DNA of 64,000 nt from Alphaproteobacteria bacterium (GTDB lineage Bacteria; Pseudomonadota; Alphaproteobacteria; MPNO01): NCBI GenBank assembly GCA_964291675.2, contig OZ219866.1, positions 448,001 through 512,000 on the forward strand, in the 5' to 3' direction. The position numbers and the translations under genes are program-made. The notes beneath the pieces are model-generated. The model was not told where the DNA came from. It did no database searches and worked only from the letters and a program-made list of their open reading frames with translations. Of the stretch, positions 50,263 to 60,915 are shown piece after piece (within the stretch, counting starts at the first letter, position 1; each line of letters begins with the position of its first letter).

Positions 50263-51123
50263 TCAGGCGGCGCGGCGGCGGCCTTCGCGCCGGGCGAATT
50301 CGAGATAGAGGTCGCGCGCGAGCCGGGCGAGCGGGCCGTCGGTGTAGCTCTGCTCCTCGACCCGGGAGATCGGCAGGACCTTGGAATAGTTGCCGGTGAG
50401 AAACACCTCGTCGGCGGCCAGCACGTCGTCGACGGAGAGCGTCGCCTCTTCGACGCGCACGCCGGCGCCGCGCATCAGCCCGATCACCCGCGCGCGCGTG
50501 ATGCCGGCCAGGAAACAGCCGTTCGCGGCCGGCGTCTTCACCACCCCGTCCTTCGCCATGAACAGGTTGTTGGTCGCGAACTCCGCGACATTGCCGTCGG
50601 GATCGAGCACCATCGCCGTGTCGTAGCCCTTGTCCCGCGCGGCCCTCATGCAGCGGACCACGTTGGGGTAGAGGCAGGACGCCTTGGCGTGGGTCGGCGC
50701 CATCTCCGGCGACGGGCGCCGGAACGGCACCAGGCAGGCGGTCAGCCCGCGCCATTCGGGCAGCGGAGACTCGAAGATCGTGAGCAGGAACCGCGCCGCG
50801 GCGTAGTCCGGCACCACGAACCCGTCGGTGAAGTAGAACATCGGACGGATATAGAGCTCGGCTTGGGCGTCGAAGCGCTCGATCCCGTCCCAGCACAGGG
50901 CCTCGATCGCCGGACCGTCGATCGCGGGCTCGATTCCCACCGACTCGGCCGACCGGATTATGCGCGCGCAGTGCAGGTCGAGATCCGGCGCGAGCCCGGC
51001 GAACGCCCGCGCGCCGTCGAACACGGTGGAGGCCATCCACCAGCTATGGTCCATCGGGCCGAGAATCGGCGGGTTGCCCTGGTGCCAGACGCCTTCGTGA
51101 TAGGTGAGAGACTTCCCGGTCAT
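50263..51123 (-). CDS. Branched-chain amino acid aminotransferase-like (PLP fold IV)
   Basis: VFDGARAF, HCARI, AKASCLYPN (PLP Lys), EFATNNLF, LAGITR. Confidence 0.9.
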   Translation of the reverse strand: MTGKSLTYHEGVWHQGNPPILGPMDHSWWMASTVFDGARAFAGLAPDLDLHCARIIRSAESVGIEPAIDGPAIEALCWDGIERFDAQAELYIRPMFYFTDGFVVPDYAAARFLLTIFESPLPEWRGLTACLVPFRRPSPEMAPTHAKASCLYPNVVRCMRAARDKGYDTAMVLDPDGNVAEFATNNLFMAKDGVVKTPAANGCFLAGITRARVIGLMRGAGVRVEEATLSVDDVLAADEVFLTGNYSKVLPISRVEEQSYTDGPLARLARDLYLEFARREGRRRAA

Positions 51124-51572
51124 GCTTTCCCTTGATCGTTACCGCCGGCCGCGGCGAGCTCGTGGATGCGCCGGACCATGGCGTGCAACCCGTTGGCCCG
51201 GCTGCCGCTCAGATGCGAGCCGAGCTCGAGCGCCTCGAAGAACGCCGGCGGGGTGGCGAGAATTTCCTCCGCCGTCCGGCCGGAATAGATCCTGAGCAGG
51301 AGGGCGATCAGCCCGCGCACGATGATCGCGTCGCTGTCGGCCCGGAAGCGGAGCTTCGCGCCGTCGCGGTCGGCGTAGAACCAGACCCGCGACTGGCAGC
51401 CGGGGACCAGCCGGGCGTCGACCTTTTCCGCCTCGCCGAGCCCGTCGAGCCGCTTGCCGAGATCGACGATGTATTCGTAGCGCTGCACCCAGTCGCCGAG
51501 AAAGGCGAACTCCTCGACGACGTTGCGCTTGGCATCGTCGATGCTCTCGATCCGCTCGATGGCGCCAGACAC
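51120..51572 (-). CDS. sufE: SufE-family sulfur acceptor
   Basis: RYEYIVDLGK, VPGCQSRVW (acceptor Cys), DSDAIIVRG, SRANGL. Start approximate. Confidence 0.9.
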   Translation of the reverse strand: MSGAIERIESIDDAKRNVVEEFAFLGDWVQRYEYIVDLGKRLDGLGEAEKVDARLVPGCQSRVWFYADRDGAKLRFRADSDAIIVRGLIALLLRIYSGRTAEEILATPPAFFEALELGSHLSGSRANGLHAMVRRIHELAAAGGNDQGKA

Positions 51573-51690
51573 GTCGTTGGTTCCCGCTCGCGTGGCATCC
51601 GATATAGAGCACGCCCCGGGACCCGGCAATCGTGCCGGGGCGGCGCGCGGAGCGCTTTCCTTTTGCCCGCCGGCATGGCATCCAGAGGGA

Positions 51691-52548
51691 ATGACCCGAC
51701 ACCCCGTCGCATTGACCGGCGTCGAGCCGCTTGCGGACGCCTATGACGGCTTCATCGTCGACGTCTGGGGCGTCCTGCATGACGGGCTCAGGCTCTATCC
51801 CGGCGTGTGCGAAGCCCTCGACCGGCTCGCCGAACGGGGCAAGGCGGTGGTGTTCCTGACCAACGCGCCGAGACGCTCGCGGGACGTGGCGCGCATGCTG
51901 GCGCGGCTGGAGCTGCCCGAACGCCACCGGCGCAACATTATGGCCTCGGGCGAATCGGTGCATGAAGCGCTGGCCGACCGCGCCGATCCGTTTCACGCCG
52001 GGCTCGGACGGCGCTGCCTGGTACTCGGCGAGGCGACCGGGAACGACATCCTGACCGGGCTCGACATCGAGCGGGCCGCGACGTTCGAGGACGCCGAGTT
52101 CATCGTCAATATCGGCCCCTGGCGCGCCGATGCGGCGATGGAGGAGTACGAGCGGGACCTCGCGCGGGCGGCCGGGCTCGGCCTCCCGATGATCTGCGCC
52201 AACCCCGATCTCGCCGTCATGCAGGGCGGCCGCGAGATGCTGTGCGCGGGCGCGCTGGCGGCGCGCTACGAGGCGCTGGGCGGCCGCGTCGCCTATCACG
52301 GCAAGCCCCACCCGGCGATCTACGACACTTGTCTCGCCCGGCTCGGTGGGCCGGCGCGCGACCGGGTGGTGGCGATCGGCGATTCGCTCGGCACCGACAT
52401 CAGGGGCGCGGCCGCGGCGGGGATCGAATCGGCGCTGGTCCTCGCCGGGCTGCACGCGGCGGCGAGCGCATGCGGCGAGACCCTTGCGGCGCTCTACGCC
52501 GAGCACGGGGCGGTGCCGGATTTCACCCTGCCGGGCCTTGTCTGGTAG
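51691..52548 (+). CDS. HAD-superfamily class IIA hydrolase (TIGR01459-like)
   Basis: DVWGVLHDG, TNAPR, CANPD, GKPH, IGDSLGTDI. Confidence 0.9.
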   Translation: MTRHPVALTGVEPLADAYDGFIVDVWGVLHDGLRLYPGVCEALDRLAERGKAVVFLTNAPRRSRDVARMLARLELPERHRRNIMASGESVHEALADRADPFHAGLGRRCLVLGEATGNDILTGLDIERAATFEDAEFIVNIGPWRADAAMEEYERDLARAAGLGLPMICANPDLAVMQGGREMLCAGALAARYEALGGRVAYHGKPHPAIYDTCLARLGGPARDRVVAIGDSLGTDIRGAAAAGIESALVLAGLHAAASACGETLAALYAEHGAVPDFTLPGLVW

Positions 52549-52599
52549 CCCGGCCTCGCCGGACGGCTGACGGCGCCGGGCGGCTGCGGCGGGGATCGC

Positions 52600-53763
52600 G
52601 TGCCGGCACTGCTGCTCACCGTGTTCGTCGACCTGATCGGCTTCGGGATCGTCCTGCCGCTGCAGCCCTTCTACGCCCAGGCCTTCGGCGCGAGCCCGGG
52701 AACCGTGACCCTGGTCGCGGCGAGCTACACCGCCGCCCAGTTCGCCTTCGCCCCGGTCTGGGGCAGGGTGAGCGACCGCATCGGCCGCAAGCCGGTGTTG
52801 CTCGCGACCTCGTTCGGCGCCTGTCTCGCCTATGTCTGGCTGGCGCATACCGACACGCTCGAAGGCCTGTTCCTGGCGCGCGCCTTCGGCGGCATCATGG
52901 CGGGCAATATCGGGGTCGCGCACGCCTATGTCGCGGATGTCGTGCCGGCCGAGCGGCGCGCCGGCGCGATGGGACGGGTGGGCGCGGCGGCCGGTCTCGG
53001 CTTCGTGGTCGGGCCGGCGATCGGCGGCCTGCTCGCCGGCCCGGACCCGCTGCAGGCGGATTTCGCCTCCCCCTTCCTGTTCGCCGCCGGCATCGCGGCG
53101 CTCGCCTTCGTGCTCACCGCGATCCTGCTGCGCGAGAGCGCGGGCAGCGGCCAGCGCGCCGGCGCCCGGGCGAGCGCCTCCGGCCGGGTGTGGCGCCGGG
53201 TTCGCGAGGCCGGTATCGCTCCGCTGCTCCTGCTGGTGTTCGCCTCGCCCTTCGTCTTCGCCGGGATCGAGACGGTGTTCGCGCTGTGGTCCGAGGCGCG
53301 GTTCGGCTGGGGGCCGACGCGCAACGGCTACATGTACACCTATATGGGCGCGGTCGCGGTGCTGGTTCAGGGCGTGGCCGTGGGGCCGATCACGCGCCGC
53401 GCGGGCGAACGCTACACGGTGGCGGCGGGCATGGGCATGACCATGACGGGGTGCCTGGTCCTGCCGGAGGCGGGCGGCACGGCAGGGATCATGCTGGGGC
53501 TCGGCCTGATCGTCGCCGGGATCTCGGTCTGCGGCCCCTCCCTCGCCTCGCTGATCTCACAGCGCGCGCGGTCGTACGAGCGCGGCATGCTCATGGGAAT
53601 CTCGCAATCCTCCGCCGGGCTCGGGCGGATCCTCGGCCCGGCGCTCAGCGGCTCGATCTTCGCCGGTCTCGGACACGACTGGCCGCTCCTGCTCGGCGCC
53701 GCCGTCATGTGCGCGGCGGCGGCGCTGGCGATCGGCCTCGCGCTCGGCAACCGCGCATCTTGA
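52600..53763 (+). CDS. MFS transporter (DHA1/TetA-like)
   Basis: [10 protein letters not shown], motif [24 protein letters not shown]; about 12 hydrophobic segments. Confidence 0.88.
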   Translation: MPALLLTVFVDLIGFGIVLPLQPFYAQAFGASPGTVTLVAASYTAAQFAFAPVWGRVSDRIGRKPVLLATSFGACLAYVWLAHTDTLEGLFLARAFGGIMAGNIGVAHAYVADVVPAERRAGAMGRVGAAAGLGFVVGPAIGGLLAGPDPLQADFASPFLFAAGIAALAFVLTAILLRESAGSGQRAGARASASGRVWRRVREAGIAPLLLLVFASPFVFAGIETVFALWSEARFGWGPTRNGYMYTYMGAVAVLVQGVAVGPITRRAGERYTVAAGMGMTMTGCLVLPEAGGTAGIMLGLGLIVAGISVCGPSLASLISQRARSYERGMLMGISQSSAGLGRILGPALSGSIFAGLGHDWPLLLGAAVMCAAAALAIGLALGNRAS

Positions 53764-53818
53764 CGGCGGCGCGCGGGGACGACTAAAAAGCGCCCCTCAT
53801 CCGAACGGAGTGCGGACG

Positions 53819-54112
53819 ATGGCACGGCGTTGCAGCGTGACGGGTACGGGCGTGCTGACGGGGAACAATGTCAGCCACGCCAACAACAAGACCAGGCGGC
53901 GGTTCCTGCCCAACTTGCAGACGACGTCGCTGCTGTCCGACGCGCTGGGCAGGACGGTGAAGCTGCGGCTGACCGCGCGGACGATCCGCTCGATCGAGCA
54001 CAATGGCGGGCTCGACGCCTATCTCCTTGGCACGCCCGACGGGAAGCTCACCGGGGAAGCCGTCCGCATCAAACGCCAGATCCGCAAGGCGGCTTCGGCG
54101 TCCACAGGCTAG
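53819..54112 (+). CDS. rpmB: 50S ribosomal protein L28
   Basis: [26 protein letters not shown]; TTGACG-N18-TAAAAA promoter-like motif at 53760-53789. Confidence 0.96.
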   Translation: MARRCSVTGTGVLTGNNVSHANNKTRRRFLPNLQTTSLLSDALGRTVKLRLTARTIRSIEHNGGLDAYLLGTPDGKLTGEAVRIKRQIRKAASASTG

Positions 54113-55983
54113 GCGATCAGGCGCTCGCCGAGGGCGGCGCCGCCGCGCAGATCTTCCTCGAACAGCTCGGTGAGCCGGCCCATCATGGTGCCGCCGAGCT
54201 GCTCGGCATCCATGATCGTCACCGCGCGGTTGTAGTAGCGGGTCACGTCGTGGCCGATTCCGATCGCCGTCAGCTCGACCGGCGATTGACCCTCGATCCA
54301 GGCGATGACGTCGCGCAGATGGCGCTCCAGATAGTTGCCGGGGTTGACCGACAGGGTCGAGTCGTCGACCGGCGCGCCGTCCGAGATCACCATCAGGATG
54401 CGGCGCTGCTCGGACCGGGCGATCAGCCGATGATGCGCCCAGATCAGCGCCTCGCCGTCTATGTTCTCCTTCAGCAGCCCCTCGCGCAGCATCAGGCCGA
54501 GCGACTTGCGGGCCCGGCGCCAGGGCGCGTCGGCGTCCTTGTAGACGATGTGGCGGAGATCGTTCAGCCGGCCCGGGTTGGGCGTCTTGCCCTCGGACAG
54601 CCATTTCTCGCGCGCCTGGCCGCCCTTCCAGGCGCGGGTGGTGAAGCCGAGGATCTCGACCTTCACGCCGCAGCGTTCGAGGGTGCGCGCGAGGATGTCG
54701 GCGCTCATCGCGGCGACCGTGATGGGCCGGCCGCGCATCGACCCCGAATTGTCGATCAGCAGCGAGACCACGGTGTCGCGGAACTCGGTCTGCTTCTCGA
54801 TCTTGTAGCTCAGCGGGTGCATCGGGTTGACGACGACGCGGGACAGCCTGCCGGCGTCGAGCAGCCCCTCCTCCAGGTCGAACTCCCAGGACCGCGATTG
54901 CTGGGCCAGCAGGCGGCGCTGCAGCCGGTTGGCGAGCCGGGCGATGATGCCCTGGAGATGCGCGAGCTGCTGGTCGAGATGCTGGCGCAGCCGGCCGAGC
55001 TCGTCGGCGTCGCACAGCTCCTCGGCCTCGATCACCTCGTCGAATTCGACGGTGTAGGGCCGGTAGGCGGGCTGGCGCGCCTCGTCGGGCAGGAAGCCCT
55101 CGGCGCGGCGGCGCTGGGCGCGCTCGCCCTCCTCGTCCCCGGTCCCCGGCATCATCTCTTCCTGGACCTGTTCGGCCATCGAATCTTCCGAGTCCTCGCC
55201 CTCCCCGTCCTCCATGTCGGACGACGGCGAGCCCTCCATCTCCGCCGCCGCGCCGTCCATCTCGGTGGCCTCGGCGTCGTCGTCCTCGGAGTCCGATTCC
55301 TCGCTGTCCTCGCCCCGGTCGGTGGCTTCGCTGTCGCCCTCCCCGGGCTCCTCGTCCAGCAGGTCGAGGTCGTAGAGCAGCCGGTTCACCGTGCGCGCGA
55401 AGGTTTCCTGGTCGCCGATGGCGGCTTCGAGCGCCGCGAGGTCGGCCTCGATCCTGTCGCCGATCTCCTCGCGCCAGAGATCGATCAGCGGCCGCGCGGC
55501 ATCGGGCAGCCGCCTGCCGGACCACTTTTCCCGCGCCATCATGCCGACGGCCTCGGCCAGCGGCGCATCCTCGATATCGGCGATCCGGGCATAGCCCCGG
55601 GTCTGGCAGCGCCCGGCGAGCGCGGCCTCGAGATTGGCCGCGACCCCCGCCATATGCCTGGCGCCGATGGTCTCGACCCGAACCTGCTCGAGCGATTCGA
55701 ACACCGCGCGCGCGGCCTCCCCGGCCGGGGCGCGGCGGGCATGCAGCTCGGTGTCGTGGTGGCGCAGCTTGAGCGCCATCGCGTCGGCCTCGCCGCGGAG
55801 CTGCGAGACCTCTTCGCCGGGCAGGTCGCGCGACGGCACCGGCAGCCGCGCCTGGTTCTCGACCAGGCGCGGCTCGGCGCCGAAATTGACCGTCACGTCC
55901 TCGCGCCGGGCGATCGCGCGCATCGCCGCGCCGGTGACGCGGCGGAACGCCTCGATCGGGGTATCGGCCGTGGTCGAGCTCAC
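54109..55983 (-). CDS. cobT: Cobaltochelatase subunit CobT (vWA domain)
   Basis: [10 protein letters not shown], acidic linker, [36 protein letters not shown]. Confidence 0.93.
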   Translation of the reverse strand: MSSTTADTPIEAFRRVTGAAMRAIARREDVTVNFGAEPRLVENQARLPVPSRDLPGEEVSQLRGEADAMALKLRHHDTELHARRAPAGEAARAVFESLEQVRVETIGARHMAGVAANLEAALAGRCQTRGYARIADIEDAPLAEAVGMMAREKWSGRRLPDAARPLIDLWREEIGDRIEADLAALEAAIGDQETFARTVNRLLYDLDLLDEEPGEGDSEATDRGEDSEESDSEDDDAEATEMDGAAAEMEGSPSSDMEDGEGEDSEDSMAEQVQEEMMPGTGDEEGERAQRRRAEGFLPDEARQPAYRPYTVEFDEVIEAEELCDADELGRLRQHLDQQLAHLQGIIARLANRLQRRLLAQQSRSWEFDLEEGLLDAGRLSRVVVNPMHPLSYKIEKQTEFRDTVVSLLIDNSGSMRGRPITVAAMSADILARTLERCGVKVEILGFTTRAWKGGQAREKWLSEGKTPNPGRLNDLRHIVYKDADAPWRRARKSLGLMLREGLLKENIDGEALIWAHHRLIARSEQRRILMVISDGAPVDDSTLSVNPGNYLERHLRDVIAWIEGQSPVELTAIGIGHDVTRYYNRAVTIMDAEQLGGTMMGRLTELFEEDLRGGAALGERLIA

Positions 55984-56002
55984 CGGGCGTTCCGCCGGAC
56001 CG

Positions 56003-57007
56003 TCAGCCGCGCCCCGACTTGGCGGCGGCCTCGGGCAGGTCCTCGCCCATGCAGCGCTGGTAGTACTCGGCGACCGCGGGCCGCTCCAGCTCGTCGCATT
56101 TGTTGAGGAAGGTCATCCGGAAGGCGGTCGCGATGTCGTCGAACAGCCGGCTGTTCTCGGCCCAGGTGATGACGGTGCGGGGCGACATCACGGTGGAGAT
56201 GTCGCCGTTCATGAAGCCGGCCCGCGTCATGTCGGCGACCGAGACCATCGCGCTGATCGTCTTGCGGCCGCCCTCGTCGTCATAGTCCGGCACCTTGGAA
56301 AGAACGATCTCCTCCTCGTCCTCGCGCGGCAGGTAGTTGAGCGTGGCCACCAGGTTCCAGCGGTCGAGCTGGCCCTGGTTGATCTGCTGCGTGCCGTGAT
56401 AGAGGCCGGTGGTGTCGCCGAGCCCGACCGTGTTGGCCGTCGCCATCAGCCGGAACGCCGAGTGCGGCCGGATCACGCGGTTCTGGTCCAGCAGCGTCAT
56501 CTTGCCGTCGACCTCCAGCACGCGCTGGATGACGAACATCACGTCGGGCCTGCCGGCGTCGTACTCGTCGAACACCAGCGCGCAGGGGCTCTGCAGCGCC
56601 CAGGGCAGGATGCCCTCGCGGAACTCGGTCACCTGCTTGCCGTCGCGCAGCACGATCGCATCCTTGCCGATCAGATCGATGCGGCTGATATGGCTGTCGA
56701 GATTGACCCGGATGCAGGGCCAGTTGAGCCGCGCCGTCACCTGTTCGATATGGGTCGACTTGCCGGTTCCGTGGTAGCCCTGGATCAGGAGCCGCCGGTT
56801 GTGCTTGAGGGCGACCAGGATCGCCAGCGTGGTGTCGTGATCGAAGCAATAGGCTTCGTCGAGGTCGGGCACGTGGTCGGACGGCGCGACGCTGAACGCC
56901 GGAACCTGCAAGTCGGTGTCCAGCCCGAAGACCTGGCGTACCGAAACCGTCATGTCGGGCATCACGGGGCCGCTGCCATTGGCCCCGTTGCTGTTCTCAG
57001 CTGACAT
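56003..57007 (-). CDS. cobS: Cobaltochelatase subunit CobS (AAA+)
   Basis: [35 protein letters not shown]. Confidence 0.95.
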   Translation of the reverse strand: MSAENSNGANGSGPVMPDMTVSVRQVFGLDTDLQVPAFSVAPSDHVPDLDEAYCFDHDTTLAILVALKHNRRLLIQGYHGTGKSTHIEQVTARLNWPCIRVNLDSHISRIDLIGKDAIVLRDGKQVTEFREGILPWALQSPCALVFDEYDAGRPDVMFVIQRVLEVDGKMTLLDQNRVIRPHSAFRLMATANTVGLGDTTGLYHGTQQINQGQLDRWNLVATLNYLPREDEEEIVLSKVPDYDDEGGRKTISAMVSVADMTRAGFMNGDISTVMSPRTVITWAENSRLFDDIATAFRMTFLNKCDELERPAVAEYYQRCMGEDLPEAAAKSGRG

Positions 57008-57044
57008 AGGAAATCGATCCTTGGTGGGTGTAACGTGAAGCGGG

Positions 57045-57602
57045 CTAAAGGGAGCGTGCGGCGCTGAGCGTGCGGTAGGCGTCGTTGACCAGCTTGAGGC
57101 GTTCTTCCGCGCGCTTGTCCCCGCCATTGACGTCGGGGTGCAATTGCTTGACGAGCTCCTTGTAGCGCAGCTTCACCAGATCCGCCGTCACGGGCGGGGA
57201 AAGATTCATCACGTCGAGCGCCCGCTTCTCCGCCGGGTCGGTCAGCGCCAGCCGGTCGCCCGCGTCATGGGCGGTGCGCGGCTCTCCGGAGAACAGGCCG
57301 AACGGATCGCGCGCGTCGAAACGCGCCTCCGCGCCTGCCGCTCCGAACGGCCAGGACGGACGCCGCCAAGTGGTGTCGGCACGGCGGTGGGCCTCGATCT
57401 CGGCCTCGCCCATGCCCGCATAGTAGTCCCAAGCCTTGTTGTACGCGCGAACATGCTCCAGACACAACCAAATATACTCGGACAGCCGCTCGCGCGAGCG
57501 CGGGGCACGGTATTGCGCCGGTTCGTCGCAGCCGGGTGCCGCGCAAATCCGCGGCCCGCATTCGACGCCAAGCTCGACAGAGACATTGCCGTCCGCCTTC
57601 AT
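57045..57602 (-). CDS. J-domain co-chaperone with N-terminal Cys/His motif
   Basis: C..PGC...[14 protein letters not shown]-terminal [11 protein letters not shown] (HPD). Confidence 0.9.
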   Translation of the reverse strand: MKADGNVSVELGVECGPRICAAPGCDEPAQYRAPRSRERLSEYIWLCLEHVRAYNKAWDYYAGMGEAEIEAHRRADTTWRRPSWPFGAAGAEARFDARDPFGLFSGEPRTAHDAGDRLALTDPAEKRALDVMNLSPPVTADLVKLRYKELVKQLHPDVNGGDKRAEERLKLVNDAYRTLSAARSL

Positions 57603-57609
57603 GGCGCGC

Positions 57610-57638
57610 AGTATGCGGCTGGCGCTGAGGGCAGGCAA
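57610..57638 (-). promoter_or_regulatory. Putative promoter giving a leaderless J-domain mRNA
   Basis: Minus strand TTGCCT-N17-CATACT-N7-ATG. Confidence 0.55.
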
Positions 57639-57691
57639 GCGCGGCCAGGGTGGGAAACCGGGCGCCGGAACGGGACGGGAAACCGGCGGTC

Positions 57692-57967
57692 ATGGGCGTG
57701 GCGGAAGTCATTCGAGGCAAGCTGGAAGAGACGTTTCGCCCGGTGCATCTGGAGATCGTCGATCAGTCCCACCTCCATCTCGGCCACGCCGGCGCGCCGG
57801 AAGGCGGGGAGAGCCATTTCCGGGTCGAGATCACGGCGGCCGCCTTCGCCGGCAAGGGCCGGGTGGAACGCCAGCGCATGGTCTATGCGTGTCTCGCCGA
57901 CGAGCTGGCGGGGCCGGTGCATGCGCTCTCGGTCGCCGCCCGTGCCCCTGCCGATGCGGATCCGTAG
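57692..57967 (+). CDS. bolA: BolA family protein
   Basis: DQSHLH.GH, GESHF, RVERQRMVY, VHAL. Confidence 0.92.
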   Translation: MGVAEVIRGKLEETFRPVHLEIVDQSHLHLGHAGAPEGGESHFRVEITAAAFAGKGRVERQRMVYACLADELAGPVHALSVAARAPADADP

Positions 57968-58104
57968 GGACCGACACCAACCCGGGCGGCGCGCGGCGCG
58001 CCGGTGACGATCCGCCCGGCTTGCCGCCCACCCTGCCGAACCCGATGCTGGGTCGAGCGGGCGCGTGTCCGCTGCGGGGGTCCGTCTGTTCTGAAGGAAT
58101 GTCG

Positions 58105-59256
58105 ATGCCGGCATGGGTGCGGCTTTCGATCGGCGGGGCGGCGACGCTCCTGGTCGGCATGGGGCTCGGCCGGTTCTCCTACACGCCGCTGATCCCCGCG
58201 CTGATCGAGGAGGGCTGGCTGACCGCCGCCGAGGCCGGATCGGTGGCGGCGTTCAATCTCGCCGGCTTTCTGATCGGCGCGCTCGGCGCGCTCTGGCTGC
58301 GCCGCCTGATCGGCGAGGCCGCCCTGCTCAGGCTGTGTCTCTGGATCACGCTCGCCTGCCTGGTCGCCAGCATCGCCCCCGCGGGAGCGGCGTGGCTGAT
58401 CTTCTGGCGCTGCCTCGCGGGGATCGCGATGGGCGTCATGATGGTGCACGCGCTCGCCATCGTCACCCGGCATGCGCCGCCCGAGCGCCTGGGCGCGGCA
58501 ACGGGGATCGTGTTCACCGGCGTCGGCATCGCGATCCTCGCCTCCGGCGTGCTGGTGCCGCTGCTCGCCGGGCACGGGCTGCTCGCGGCGTGGTCCGGGC
58601 TCGCCCTGTTCGGCGCGCTGGGGGTCGGGGTGGCGCTCTGGGGCTGGCGCGCGGCGGAGCCCGCGCCGCGGGAACCCTCCCTGTCGCGCTTTCGCCCGAG
58701 CGCCGCCGCGTTCCGGCTGATCGCGGCGCAGAGCCTGTTCGGGATCGGCCTCGTCCCGCACAGCATCTACTGGGTCGACTACCTGGTGCGCGGGCTGGGG
58801 GAGAGCATCGCCGTCGGCGGCTTTCACTGGGTGCTGTTCGGGCTCGGCGCGATGACCGGGACCTTTCTCTGGGGACGCCTCGCGGACGTGATCGGACACC
58901 GCACGGGCCTCGTTCTGGTGCTCTCCAGCCTGGCCGCGGGGGTCGCCTTGCCGGTCCTCCTTCCCGTGGGCTGGGTGCTGGTCCTCTCGTCCCTGGTGGT
59001 GGGCGCGCAGCCGGGCTTTTCCGCCATCGTTTCGGGCCGCGTGCAACAGGTCGTCGGACCGGACGAGATGCCGCCGCTGTGGCACGCCATGATCCTGACC
59101 GGCGGCGTCGCCCAGGCCGTCGCCGGCTATCTGCTGGTGGCCCTGTTCGAGATCGCGGGCAGCTACGTGCCGATCTTCCTGATCGGCGGTGCGGCGATGG
59201 GCACGGGCGCGATCCTGGTGGTCAACCTGAAGGCCGGCGCGTCCGTGCATCGGTAG
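58105..59256 (+). CDS. MFS transporter, YbfB/YjiJ family
   Basis: MGLGRFSYTPLIP, NLAGFLIG, GVGIAI, GRLADVIG. ATG 58099 is an alternative start. Confidence 0.85.
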   Translation: MPAWVRLSIGGAATLLVGMGLGRFSYTPLIPALIEEGWLTAAEAGSVAAFNLAGFLIGALGALWLRRLIGEAALLRLCLWITLACLVASIAPAGAAWLIFWRCLAGIAMGVMMVHALAIVTRHAPPERLGAATGIVFTGVGIAILASGVLVPLLAGHGLLAAWSGLALFGALGVGVALWGWRAAEPAPREPSLSRFRPSAAAFRLIAAQSLFGIGLVPHSIYWVDYLVRGLGESIAVGGFHWVLFGLGAMTGTFLWGRLADVIGHRTGLVLVLSSLAAGVALPVLLPVGWVLVLSSLVVGAQPGFSAIVSGRVQQVVGPDEMPPLWHAMILTGGVAQAVAGYLLVALFEIAGSYVPIFLIGGAAMGTGAILVVNLKAGASVHR

Positions 59257-59331
59257 GGCGTGACAAGGCGAAGCCATTATCCGTATGGTCGCACCGGAGA
59301 ACCAGCAACCGAGGACAGGGAGTCACAAGGG

Positions 59332-60309
59332 ATGAGACATCTTCCGGTAGCCGGGCCGATCGCCGCCGCCGCGGTTCTCGCGGTGGGGCTGCAACCCGCG
59401 TTCGCAGCGGAATCGACCGTCAAGGTGGTCACCATGCTGGCCAAGAAGACCCCGATCGGCCAGTCCTTCGACGGCTTCATCGCGCGGCTCAACAAGAAGC
59501 TGGAAGGCGAGCTGCGCATGGACTGGCGCGGCGGGCCGGAGGTCGTTCCCCAGTTCAAGCAACCCAACGCGGTGCGCCTGGGCTCGGTCGATGCGACGCT
59601 GACCAGCCCGAGCTATGCCAACGGGATTCTCAACGTCTCGGGCGCGGCCAACTACTCGAACAAGACCTATGAGGAGATCAAGGCCACCGGCTATCACGAC
59701 TACATGGCGGAGCTCCACGCCGCCAAGGGCTTGATCTATGTCGGCGAAGCGCCGGTCTCGCAGCTCCGTTTCCACTTCTTCCTGCGCGACCCGATCGGCT
59801 CGCTCGCCGACTTCAAGAACTTGAAAATCCGGGTCTTCCCGGCGATCGCGCCCGCCGTCGCAGCGCTCGGCGGCTCGCCCCTGACCCTGCCGATGACGGA
59901 GATCTACACCGCCATGGAGCGCGGCATCGTCAAGGGGTTCGCGACCGGCGTGTCCGGCGTGGCGCGGCAGTACAAGGGCCTGCTCGGCGCCTATGTGGAA
60001 CCGGGCTTCTACCGCGCGACGTTCCACTTCCTGGTCAACCCGCGCGCCTGGAACAAGATCCCGGCGGCGACCCGCGCCAAGGTGGTGGACTTCGTGCGCA
60101 ACGTCGAGCCGCCGACCTACGAGGCGAGCTGGAACGAACGACTCAAGAACGGCTATGCGGATCTCGGCAAGACCGGCGTCAAGACGGTCCGGTTCTCCGC
60201 CGACGAGGAGAAGAAATTCGCCAGGCTGGTGCTGGAGGCGGCCTGGGCGGCGGTGCGCAAGAAGGCCCCCGAGGAGGGCAAGCGCCTGCAGTCGATGCTG
60301 ATGAAGTAG
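59332..60309 (+). CDS. TRAP transporter substrate-binding protein (DctP)
   Basis: Signal peptide; GGPEVVP, DFKNLKIRV, EIYTAMERGIV. Confidence 0.9.
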   Translation: MRHLPVAGPIAAAAVLAVGLQPAFAAESTVKVVTMLAKKTPIGQSFDGFIARLNKKLEGELRMDWRGGPEVVPQFKQPNAVRLGSVDATLTSPSYANGILNVSGAANYSNKTYEEIKATGYHDYMAELHAAKGLIYVGEAPVSQLRFHFFLRDPIGSLADFKNLKIRVFPAIAPAVAALGGSPLTLPMTEIYTAMERGIVKGFATGVSGVARQYKGLLGAYVEPGFYRATFHFLVNPRAWNKIPAATRAKVVDFVRNVEPPTYEASWNERLKNGYADLGKTGVKTVRFSADEEKKFARLVLEAAWAAVRKKAPEEGKRLQSMLMK

Positions 60310-60335
60310 CCCGATCCGGCCCCCAGCCCGCATTT

Positions 60336-60369
60336 CCCGCCCGCCTCCGCCGGACCGGAAGCGGGCGGG
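60336..60369 (+). other. Intercistronic stem-loop after dctP
   Basis: CCCGCCCGC-C-TCCG...CGGA-A-GCGGGCGGG GC-rich hairpin. Confidence 0.55.
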
Positions 60370-60387
60370 TTCGCGACGGTCGAGGTC

Positions 60388-60903
60388 ATGCGCGATACGC
60401 TGAACCGGGTCGCCGGTTGGTTCGACCTGCTGAACCGCGGGCTGGCTGCGCTCGCCTGCGCCGTGTTCGTGCTGGTGGCGCTCGCGGTGTGCGCCGAGAT
60501 CGTCACCCGCGCCGCGCTCGACATCTCCAACCCCTGGCTGGTCGAGCTCAGCGAGATCGCGCTGCTCTACATCACCTTCCTGGCGGCGGCCTGGGTGCTG
60601 GGCAACGACAAGCATGTCGCGCTCGACCTGCTGCTCAACCGGGTGGACGCGCGCACCGCCCGCTACCTGCACCTCGTGCTCTCGATCGCCGCCGGCGTCG
60701 CGTGCTTCATCGTCGCCTGGTTCGGCGTGCTCACCGCGCTCGACCAGTACGGGGCCGACATCCGCGAGCCCACGATCATGGCGCCGCTGACCTGGTGGAT
60801 CACCGCCGTGGTGCCGTTCGGCTTCACCCTGCTGGGCGTCCAGTTCCTGCGCCGCGGGCTGCGCGCCATGCAGGGCCTGCCGCTCGCGGTCGGCCGGCGC
60901 TGA
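60388..60903 (+). CDS. TRAP transporter small permease (DctQ)
   Basis: Four hydrophobic segments, W..ELSE, HVALD. Confidence 0.9.
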   Translation: MRDTLNRVAGWFDLLNRGLAALACAVFVLVALAVCAEIVTRAALDISNPWLVELSEIALLYITFLAAAWVLGNDKHVALDLLLNRVDARTARYLHLVLSIAAGVACFIVAWFGVLTALDQYGADIREPTIMAPLTWWITAVVPFGFTLLGVQFLRRGLRAMQGLPLAVGRR

Positions 60904-60915
60904 GGGCGGTCCGCG

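Noticed and set aside
52600-53763. TetA-like MFS as a tetracycline resistance gene
   Set aside because: No tetR or mobile context; family motifs alone do not define the substrate.
55130-55360. Low-complexity acidic stretch in cobT
   Set aside because: Normal acidic linker of CobT/BchD-type subunits.
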